Of a stretch of 64,000 nucleotides of DNA, positions 53,891 to 64,000 are shown in pieces (the first letter of the stretch is position 1; every line of letters starts with the position of its first letter). Under the pieces are notes generated by a model. That model was not told the DNA's origin. It did not search any database and saw nothing but the letters and a program-made list of their open reading frames with translations. The translations under genes and the position numbers were made by a program. Location: assembly GCF_009834535.1 (NCBI RefSeq), contig NC_045697.1, forward strand, positions 95,420,001-95,484,000. The letters are read 5' to 3'. The DNA is from Camelus ferus (Eukaryota).

Positions 53891-54441
53891 TGTTAACCCC
53901 CAAAAAAGGGAAAAGACCCCAGTCCTTGTCTCGCCCGAAAGGCAAGATTACAGACGGGAGACAGAGTACATTGTGTAGTGAAAGATTTTAAAGGATTTAT
54001 TTAGGAAAAGAAAAGTACACCTCCAAGAATGGGAGGCAGGTTAATCCAACAGGGAAGAAGCAGTGGTCTTTGTCTGCCCTTTCTGTTATACCCTTGCTTA
54101 GAGGTGTCTTTTGATTGATTGATGGCTCTTGCCCTTGGAATGCCTAGTCACGTTTGTTTCCTTTGCACATACCCTTACCCATGATATACACAGAAAAACC
54201 TATGGCGAGGGGGCCTAAATTGCAATGTTAATTATATTACAATGAGCATTGGATCATGTCCAGTTAAATCCTTTCTGCTACCGCGCAGTTGCAGCTGTCG
54301 GGTTCTAACCAGTTTCTTGCTGGCACTCATTTAGAAGTAAAGTCCCTTTATGCTGGAGGTGGGCGCAGCGCCATCTTCCAGATCATCCTCCCTCTCCTCC
54401 ACCTCTCTGCCCCGAGCCCCTGCTTTTCTAACTACCTAACA
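53891..54441 (-). mobile_element. ERV1-like solo LTR, different family
   Basis: TGTTAA...CTAACA termini; TTTATT near 53996 (poly(A) signal on minus); GC- and CpG-rich relative to flanks. TSD not clean. Confidence 0.8.
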
Positions 54442-55614
54442 AAACCATGCTTGCCACAACTGCATACATGAGGACAAGCTCCTGACACCCATAAGGCAAT
54501 GCCCGTCTCACACATCATTTTAGCTCTTTCTGTTGTCACCACAACAATCCCTAAGTAAGTGACTGCAATTGGGAATGAAGAGAGTAAATGTACATACTCC
54601 TCTGTATTCTGTTGTCCCCAGACAACCTGTTGCCTAGAATTCAACACATGCAACACCCACAACCAGTGTAAGAAGATATATTCAGGCTATTTTAGAAGAG
54701 TCACAGTAAAAAAGCAAATTTAATTGCTGATTTTCATTATCACAGTACTTAAAATTGCATGGAAAATAATAATAATCAATCCAATGAGTCCATGACACTT
54801 CCCTTCATTATTATTAGAGAAGTAAAATTCTGCTGTCTCTTTCATGAAAAAATTGGATTTTAACACTATAAGTAATGATATTAACCATTTTGTGTTAATA
54901 GGTTCGTAATTTTAATAATAGCCACTCATAGTCATAACATTTCTTAAATCAGATAACTGACAATACTTTGCACAAAGAAAAATAAAATCCTAAGAAGTTA
55001 TGTCTCTACATATGAACAGCTAAGTGAAAAACTCAGATGATCTCTGGAATATTTCTGATATATTTTTAAATCTACATGCTCTTTATTGGTTGAGCCTTTT
55101 GCTATAATGAACTAAACTAATGAGCATTTAAGTTTATCTTATGTGAAACTCACATTGTGTGAATAAATATATAAATTATAGCCCAGCCATACAGGGATAG
55201 GCCAGAGATATTTTGATTATCTGGCTAGAGCTATAAAAATTCAAGATTACAAAAATGTCACTAAGTAGAGAAGCAAGAAAAATACTTTCATCTATGTTTC
55301 CTTCAACTATTCATGAGTTTCTTCAAGTGGATTCTGGAGGAAAGACTCATAATTTTACTCGAGGACACAAAGCCTTAGTCAGTATATTATACTTCTAGTT
55401 CAAAGCATGCAAGAAAACCAAACCTGCAAAGCAAAGTTATTTGATGTTGCTTTGTGTTAGAATCCGGGGAAAATAACTGCTTTGATCAATTTGCTGCCTT
55501 GAAAATGTCCTCTAGTCCAACTGCTCAAGAGCAGTCTTTGATAATGATGGCATAGTATAGGTGCCCATCCTCAGCTGAATTTGGTAGATTTTGAGAATGG
55601 GAAGCAAGACTAAA

Positions 55615-55617
<3 letters not shown>

Positions 55618-55672
<55 letters not shown>

Positions 55673-55677
55673 TACAC
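55618..55677. repeat. Compound (TA)n(CA)n microsatellite
   Basis: About 21 TA units followed by about 8 CA units. Confidence 0.95.
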
Positions 55678-56129
55678 TGTATTGATTTCTATCTCAAATG
55701 AGGAAAATTTCTCTCTTTTTAGTTCCATGACCCCAAATTAAAAATAATCATAATGTATTTTCCCAGATTACAGAAAAGAAATACTATGTGAAAGCGAATA
55801 TAAATATTTTAAAATGTAAAATACGGTTCCAACAGGTGAAAAAAAAAGTGGCCTGATGCTACCTGCCTTCGTTATATCTCATACATTTAGAAGGAAATGT
55901 TTACGTCAAATGAAATAATGAAGTAATTCTCTGAACGCTTCCTTACAGCTAAGACGTCCTACCTCTTTTATAATCATTGAACAAGCATGAGGATTCAAAA
56001 GCAAACTTTTGAGCTGATACATATATATGCCACTTATCTCTGCATTTAATTAGTTAAGATTATTTTCTAGAAAGCAGGAAATATGATATTTGCCATCTGG
56101 GAAGGATGTGACAATTACTCTATGTTATG

Positions 56130-56320
56130 GATATTATTTATTATGTGTCCATTCCATTTTCATACTTTTCTTAAAAATACTTTTAAGTGGTCCTCAAATA
56201 AGTTGTTAAGTAGATATTATTATTCTAATTTCACAAATAACATAATGATTTTCAGAGGACAGTCACAAAGTTAGCAAGGGACTTTGCTGAAATGTGAACC
56301 TTGATCTATTTAACACAAAG
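56130..56320 (-). mobile_element. MIR SINE, antisense
   Basis: 'cctcaaataag...gtagatattattattctaatttcacaaataa...gtcacaaagttagcaag...tgaaatgtgaacc'. Confidence 0.6.
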
Positions 56321-59099
56321 AATATTATCTAATGGTATAACACATTATTACTCATGGGCAACTCTTCCCCCCAAAATAGACCCCATGATGTAGAAAACTG
56401 TATAATGCTTGGAAGTAACATCAGCAACTACGTGTTACTTATACTATGAGTTTCACGTAATGAAATTATCTGCAGTCATCACACTCAATTCTAGAGACAC
56501 TTCTACAATAACATTAGGAATAAGAAACTATTTTGACTGAAGTTTTGAACACAAAACACAAAACAATATGTTCCCCATAATTTGCTGGATATATGTAAAC
56601 ATCGATGCTCAACCACACAGGACTTTTCCCTGTTTTTTGTTCTGCTTTTGTAGATATTATCCAAGATCTAGATAAGTATACATTTGTGAAAATCAGAGAT
56701 TCAAATTCTTTGTACATAATGTAGAACTAATTTTCATAACAATAATGTTTTCAAACAATTCAGTATGATTGTTAGGAAAAATCTGATTCTTTACTGTCTA
56801 TGAAATTGTGCTTTTAGTACAGAAGCAAAATGTAATCTTTTAAACCCTCTGATGTTACTAAAATGCAAGTCAATTACTACTATGCCTTCTTAAAATAACT
56901 TCTTATTTCATGCTAATAAAACCCAGTTATTCACTACATTAGAAAAGATAAAGTGTGTTTGAAAAGTAAAAATGCAAATATCTTCATTTCAAAACCTGTT
57001 CAAAATGAAACACGGAGTAATGTTTAATTAATATCCATCAAATGCGATTTTACATCTTTGTTCAACATAGACTATTAACTATCTTTGTCTATGTAAGAGA
57101 GTTTTTTAGCATATTAAAAAAAATTAAAATATGGAAAAGATGCCATGTATATTTGCCACCAATTCCCTACAATGTCAGTTGCAAAATATTCTAATGATGC
57201 TAATCACATTTCTAGTGACAGATCTTTTGAAATTGGTGCATCAGTTCATATTCATCCTATCTGTCTTCTCTTAAGATCATTAAAACCATTGGTATTATAT
57301 AAACTCTATTAAAAATAGACTAAATGACAAATTCCTCAAAGATCTTTGGAAAACTTTATATGCTTAAAGTCATTACTGAAATATTTCTATAAACAACACT
57401 CCTTGAAGTTTTCGTCTTACACTTTTTACTGTAAAATATACATTGCTCTATCCTATGTTCAATTTCATGGATCTCAAATAAACCACAACCGTCTTTAGTC
57501 ATCCTAAATTAATATTGCCTCAAGCTATATCACCCTGTTATTCACTGAGGCTCATCTCCTGTACTTTAATGAAGTAGACTGAGGAAACACATTAAAAAAG
57601 TTGCAAAGAACATAGTGGGAGAACCATGACTTTAGACAGACAGTAGATTTTCCTATTGGAAAAATACCAGAAAAACTTTTGATGGAAAGAAAATTAGAAG
57701 ATTCAAAATGATCTGATTCAGTATGTAATTGGATTTGAACAACACTGTAGAATAAAAAAAAAAGCTGTATTTTCATGGATATTTTCCTCTTTGTTATAAT
57801 TAATATATTATTGACTTAAAGTTTATTTTTGGACTCAACTCACACCAATCATACATACTTGTCTATTCATTGACTTTTTTATTCTAGATTACTCTGAATC
57901 TAGTGGGGAAACGTGCAAAATTTAGCAGAGAATTACTGTGTATATGAAAACTAGTGCATTCCATTTACTGGTCTAAAGAGAATTTTGAGAGATCACACTA
58001 CTTACACAAAGGTGCATTGCTTACTTACAGATATGTTTTGAGTTACTTTCTAGGAATATTAAAAAATCATTTATGATTCAAATAAAGTATAATTTTAATA
58101 AGGTGCAACTCATATTTCAACAAAGTGAAATTCTATCAGATAAATATTAAGTTTAGGCTTCAGGAGCTCTAATTTCGAATGCATTGTCTTGCTCTCTAAA
58201 GTAGACACAAAGTAATCTTACTCTCCAAGATCTCAATTTACAAGTATTTAAGTCAAAGATTTAGGTTAAGATTTGTAGTTTGAAAATATATTCAAAACTG
58301 CTATAACCCCCTCAAGTATCCTCTTCCTTCATCTATGATCCTCAAGTAACTGTTCCCCAAGTTTGACCCTCTCCTTTTTATAAAGCAACTTTTATGAATG
58401 CAAGGTGAGCTTTGAGATTGCCATCTTTTCTAGCCATTTTCCTGCTAATGCACATAAACCTCTGCATTTGTGCACTATATTTGCACCAATCCCTCTTTTA
58501 ATTATCTTACAAGAAATACAACTTCAGGCTAAAATCTTGTGTGTGTTTTTTCAGGCCCAACCACAGGCAATTCCAAGCCTATACCTGGCAGGCCCCATGG
58601 CAGAAGTCTGCCATTCCTGTATCAGATGCCGTGCACAGCTGGTGCAGACTAGTTTTTCAGGGAGAGTTTCTGACATGGATCAGGCCCTGGGGCCAGCCTG
58701 CTTGTGCACAGTCCTACAGTCCTAGCCCAGCTACCTCCATTCCGAGACCTCCTAGCAGGGCCCAAGGCACTTTTCCTGGCTCTGGCTCAGTCCTACCACT
58801 CCTAGCCCTTCCACATATCCTGCTCCCTGGCCCCCAGGTCCTCAAAAAGTCAGGAGCCTTTTTTCTGGCGCTCCCAGGGACTGAGAGTTCTGCCTGTCTC
58901 ATGATGTCTGACCCTCATTTTGGGTCATAATGTGGAGAAAAACAGAAAAATGTGTTGCTGGTGCCATTTACTTTTGCCTTTTACCTGCACTAGCATGGGA
59001 AGTGCGCAAAGGCTTGATTGTTCTTTCAGTTTGGCTCATTGTCCAAATCGACCACCTTGACTCCCGGAAGCTCAACACAACTTAAGTGTGAGTGTGTGT

Positions 59100-59260
59100 G
59101 CGCACAAGCCATTGCATCTCATTCATAAACAACTTTATGAAAGAAACATTATTATTGTCCTGTGATATATAAAGAAATCCCAGCAGAGAGAGAATGCTTT
59201 CCGCATATTCACATATTGATTAACTGGAGAAGTTAAATTTTATTTGATGTCTTTCTTTAG
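59100..59260 (-). mobile_element. MIR SINE, antisense
   Basis: 'ctcattcataaacaactttatgaaag...attattattgtcc...aaagaaatcccagcagagagag'. Confidence 0.5.
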
Positions 59261-59269
59261 GCATTGGTT

Positions 59270-60330
59270 TTCCCCTTCATAGTACTTCACAAATTATTTA
59301 CTTATTTGTTTTAAATATGTTGATGTTATTGATGTAAAGTTTCCATGATCCTTTAAATTCCTAATGCTACCCCTTAGAGGCAGTTACAACTAATACTATT
59401 TTGTGTGTCATTATAAAAATATATGTATATATACACACACACAGATAGTATACACATATGTGTAATATATATACCTCTTTTGTAAAATCCTTTTGCAATT
59501 TGCTTTTTAATTTTTAATGGGCATAACTATCTATATTTATATGCACATTTACCTAAGTCTTTTTAATGAATTGACAGCAATGCTTTGCATAAATATATCA
59601 CACTATAACCATCTGTTTTTAACACTATGTAAGTGTTGTTTTGGGGTGGTTTTTTTTTTTTTTTTTTGCCTTTTTTACCTACAAGATTTTGCTACACAAA
59701 AGATACTAAATTAATAATATTTAGGCATATATATTTATGCCTTATTATAGGTTGAATTGTGTCCCTCCCTCCCCAATCCATATGTTGAAGCCCTAACCCT
59801 CCATACCTCAGACGTAACCTTATTTGGAAATAAGATTGAACCTGATGGAGGTATGCAAGTTAGAGTGAGGTGATTAGGGTGAGCCCTAGTCCATTATGAC
59901 TGGTGTTCTTAGAAAAAGAGGAATTTGGACACAAACACGTGCTCAGAGGCAAGAGGATGTAAAGAACATGAAGAGACAACGAGGAGAAAATGGTCATCTA
60001 CAGGCTCAGGAGGGAGGCCTGGAACATGCTGTTTCATCACAGCCCTCAGAAGGAAACAAACCTGCAGACACCTTGATTTAACCGACTTCTAGCCCCCAGA
60101 ACTGTGAGATGATACATTTCTGGTTTTTAAGCCACTCTGTGTACTTTTTTCCAGCAGCCCTGGCAAACTAATACATATGTTCTTTCAAGTAATTTTTTTG
60201 AGTCAAGTCATCATAAATTTCTTACTAATTGTATTATATAATGCCAAATTGTTCTCTGAAAGTTTTATGCCAATTTATATTTTCTATCACAGTTTTTGCA
60301 TGTATGTGTATATATAAATGAAATTTAATT
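59270..60330 (-). mobile_element. Old L1ME-type 3' region, antisense, containing an MLT1 insertion
   Basis: 'ccccttagaggcagttac', 'ttttgcaatttgcttttt', 'atgccaaattgttctctgaaagttttatgccaatttatatt'. Confidence 0.6.
59743..60175 (+). mobile_element. MLT1B/MLT1C-type MaLR solo LTR
   Basis: 'ggttgaattgtgtccc...catatgttgaagccctaaccc...ttatttggaaata...gacaccttgatt...ccagaactgtgaga...gcagccctggcaaactaataca' follows the MLT1 consensus end to end. Confidence 0.92.
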
Positions 60331-60732
60331 ATCCTGTGTGGGGTGCTGTTACACATTGTTGAATACTAAAGGGTTATCAGAGTCCAACTAAAAACAGGAA
60401 AGAATAAATTAAATATGTTTAAAGAAAGAGTTAAATAGCTTAGGCAGTATTAAATGAATATTCCATTGAGAACAGCCACATATAAAAGTTAATTTCAGCC
60501 CTGTCATTGCACCTCATTCAGTCTTACGCCTATCTAATCTGTACTATACAGAACAAGTAACATGAGCATTTTTCCCCCTGTGGTCTGTGAGTGACAAAAA
60601 AACAGAAGTTCTCCCCAAAATTCTCCTCATACAATCTAGAAAACACATGCCAGCCTGCTAAAGCACTGGCTGCTGAAAGGTACCAGTGACTTTTACTATT
60701 TGAGTCATGTGTTCTCTCACAATGCTAGTCTT

Positions 60733-60879
60733 TGGGTTGTTTTTAAATTTTTCTGGAGGGGGGCGGTGAGAGGCAATTAGGTTTGTTTGTTTTAATGGAG
60801 GTACCAGGGATGGAACCCTGGACCCTGTGTATGCTAAGCATGCACTCTACCACTGGATTATACATACCCCACCCCCCAC
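60733..60879 (-). mobile_element. tRNA-Ala-derived SINE (camelid vic-1-like) with 15-bp TSD
   Basis: Minus strand 'tataatccagtggtagagtgcatgcttagcatacacagggtccagggttccatccctggtacctccattaaaa' (degenerate A and B boxes, AGC anticodon arm); CACAATGCTAGTCTT at 60718-60732 and 60880-60894. Confidence 0.9.
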
Positions 60880-62059
60880 CACAATGCTAGTCTTGCAGAA
60901 GAAATGTATGTTTTGTTTTCTATAATAGTTTTAAGATTGGAAAACTATTTAAAAGTAATTCTTTCATAATTTCTACATATGAGAAGTATTGTGTGTTTCT
61001 TTCACCAGATAGCAATTTGTGGATACGGTGTGACAATATGCCTCTGGAACACATTGCTAACATTTAATTTGTGAGCTTTAATGGTATGGAAGGATCTGAA
61101 TCAGGATATGGAATTTAGCTGAATGCAATCTGATGATAGATTATGGAACACATTTTAAAATTGTCTTTCCTCTTGATCTAGCATATAGTTGGCGCCTGGC
61201 ATAAAGTTGGCTCAAGAATATTGAATGAATGGATGACTGTATTTGTGTTTAAAGACACTTGAGAAAACCAACTCAGAGCTCTCATAGCTCACTAAGCCAT
61301 AAACTTGATTCAGGGACATCAAAATATTCTGACCTTGAAACTATAGAGAAAAAAGAAAAACAGACTTCTTTTTTTTTTTTTTTCAAGGATTTACAAGTGT
61401 TTATAGATTCACTCTTGACAGATAACACTGCAATCTTTCCTCATTGATAAAGGACCCTGAGATCAATGAACTCACAAGTTTGAGAGACTTGTAAAGCTTT
61501 CCAGTTGAAATAAAGTCATTTTTCAAAAGATTTCCATGATATTTTTAACTGGATCCTGTTTAATGTTATGTGACTTTCTTTTAAGTCAGACTTAGGATAA
61601 CTCTAAGTTATCCATTTTCTGCCCTTTTGGTGTCTCTCATTTTAAAGAGGAAGCTGAAGATGATTTATACCCATCAGCATGTCATACTTTCTCTGTAATT
61701 TTTAAGTAAATTTATGAGAATTTATGAAAATTCTAGAACTCTTCCTGATTCCTCTTAAATCCACTGAGTTTTTACCTTGTTTTCTCTTCCAGGAGAATAA
61801 AAACACATGAACACCTGCTTTTTTAATGTATCTTATTTATGCTATGCAGTTTTCTCCTACAAAAATGTCCAATGTGGGCTAAATGCTCAGGAATCATTTA
61901 TTATATAAATCAAGGAATGAAATTAGCTGACAGTGTTCATCAGTGAGGCAGCCCCAGATTTCAAGTTGCAACATTTTACTAAATAACTGTATCTCACAAT
62001 TGAAAAATATACTTCAGTGTATTATATATGTGAATTAACATTTTAAATACTCAACTTGT

Positions 62060-62860
62060 CAATGCATCCTTTTCCTTTGAACCTTCCACTTGTGTGTCCA
62101 TTCCTGCCAGCCCTCACCACCTTCACTGGTATCATTGGAAGCAAAGGCACCAACATTTCTTACCTAAATAACTGCTGTGGCCTCCTAACTGATCTCCCCA
62201 GTTTGGCCTTTGCTCCTTAATCTGAGGCTAGTAGCCAGACAAATTATTTTTAACTCAACTGAGCATATCATCTCTCTGCTTAACACCCTCCAGTAGATTC
62301 ACAGCCTATGAAAAAAGAAAAGAAAAAAAAAAAAAGAAAAGAAAAGGAGGAAGGGAGGAAGGAAGGAAGGGAGGAAAGAAAGAAGAAAAAAAGGAAAAAA
62401 GAAAGCCAGAGCCCTTCTCCACTTTCTCTTTCTCTCCGCCATCACCCCGTTTCAGCCTCAGTGGCCCCCTGGCTATCTGTCCTTTTAATCCTTCAGGCGT
62501 ATTTTTACTACAGGGAACTTCGGGTTTTTGTTGTTTACACCTGGAAGACCGCCCTCCCCTCTCCTCCCCAGACTCTGTGGGGTTCTGTGCCTGCTCCCTC
62601 ACACCCTTCAGAACTTGACTCCTGTCACTCTTTCTGGACTACTCTTTACAAAATTGCAGTCTCCCCCACGCCCTGCATTCCCTGTCCCCTGCCCTGCTTT
62701 ACTGTGATCTGTACATGTGTCACCATTTAGCATATTTGATATTTATGTACCTTTATTATTTCCCTTTTCATTAGAATGTCAGCTCCACAGGGCAGGAATT
62801 TTTGTTTATTCTGTTGACTACTGTCTCTGCCCTGCCTAGAACCCTGCCTGACACGTCTGT
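62060..62860 (+). mobile_element. L2 3' region interrupted by a purine-rich simple repeat
   Basis: 'gcctcctaactgatctccc...tctctgcttaacaccctccagt' and 'attagaatgtcagctccacagggcaggaatttttg...gcctagaaccctgcctgacac'. Confidence 0.85.
62310..62405. repeat. Polypurine tract (A-runs, GAAA/GGAA units)
   Basis: About 95 bp of A/G only; explains the Lys/Glu/Arg-rich spurious ORF. Confidence 0.9.
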
Positions 62861-64000
62861 TACTACTGTACTTTCGTTCATTCACATTTTAAATGATGAA
62901 TATTTTGTTATCTAATTATGAGAAAGATAATAATTAAAGAATGTGAACATCATTTTCTTATATGCAAATCTGTCAATTGGCATATGTAAATAGCAATGAG
63001 GTAAGGCAGTAATAGGTGTGCCATAAGACAATCCTATATTATTTAGGGCATTCCAGGTATTTGTATTCAGGAACCCTATAGTAAGTCCTAAAATATGATG
63101 TTGAAAGTAAAGGATATTTATAAGGATTTGCAACCTAGTATCCTTTCCTCTTAAGAGCTCCCATGATTACAATGAATAAATCATATCTCTTTAGACTTTT
63201 ATCCCTAATTAAGGACCAGGGCCATATTTCTGTTAGCAAAAGCTTTGCAGATGTTCAGGCGAACAAAAGAGGGCACGTTTTTGGTAGGATACAGCATCCT
63301 TTGATACACTGCTTAGCAGTGTCCATCCTTCTTTGAAGACAATTGATGATTTAAGTTACATTTCTTATGCTTTCCTTATAATGATCTGGTTTGGTTATTT
63401 AAGAAAGGAGGGAGTTACTAAAGCAAAGTTGTATAAATAATGAAGGAGAAGGGGGTCAAATGTGAATTTTACTTTTCCAAATATATTTCAACTGAGAACA
63501 TTAGGAGTGTATTACCATTAAAAGTTCTTGGACTTTTACTTAATCTATTAATCTAGATTTATTCAGATTAAATCATAAAATTCTCCATCTGAAAGCATTT
63601 AGCATCGATAGACTTGTGAGGCTGATTCAGAGCCTGTTATGGTGAGTAGGATAGATATTGAGTATATACCACTTCCATAAAGATTTAGAGGTTTCCTAAA
63701 GATTATAGAGATTTGAGTAAATTTTAAAAACTCATCAAATATTATATCAAATATTTTAAATAAAAACTGGAAGGAAATACTCTATAAAAAGTTTTATTTT
63801 CCCCTTGAAATTAATATTCTCTCACTCCAAATTGTAAGTACCACTCAGTTACTGAGCTGAAAACAATAAAAACTGTTTGCTTAGCCTGTTTTCAATCAAG
63901 TTACTTGAATTTACACAGTAGCTCTTTTTTCACTTGTCTGTATCTGAGCATATTGAAGCCTGCATCAGCCTTAAGAGAGAAAGCTGTATTTCCATTAGCA

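Noticed and set aside
60790..60870. tRNA-Ala gene
   Set aside because: Degenerate A/B boxes and stems, plus tail and TSD, mark it as a SINE.
62306..62730. 140-aa Lys/Glu-rich ORF and its antisense Phe-rich ORF
   Set aside because: Produced by a polypurine simple repeat inside an L2.

Overview
AT-rich, CpG-depleted mammalian genomic DNA with no recognisable intact protein-coding gene, RNA gene, CRISPR array or prokaryotic feature. A tRNA-Ala-derived SINE of the camelid (vic-1-like) type and cetartiodactyl-type L1 3' ends point to a camelid (alpaca/llama/camel) genome. The window looks like an intergenic stretch or large intron filled with interspersed repeats: young and old L1, L2, MIR, MaLR/ERVL/ERV1 LTRs, hAT MITEs (MER20, MER58) and microsatellites. 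Nearly all ORFs in the track are spurious or repeat-derived; the only protein-like ones are L1 ORF2p remnants at 12.5-13.3 kb. Best-supported curiosities: a twin-primed (5'-inverted) L1 whose halves rejoin in ORF2, an LTR-internal-LTR MaLR provirus, several insertions with intact target-site duplications, a minus-strand bias of LTRs and young retroposons suggesting a plus-strand host transcript, a few candidate small exons, an unexplained 20-bp direct repeat and a perfect 16-bp palindrome. I found no convincing novel biological system. Family names come from remembered consensus motifs, not a database search, and boundaries of old repeats are approximate.
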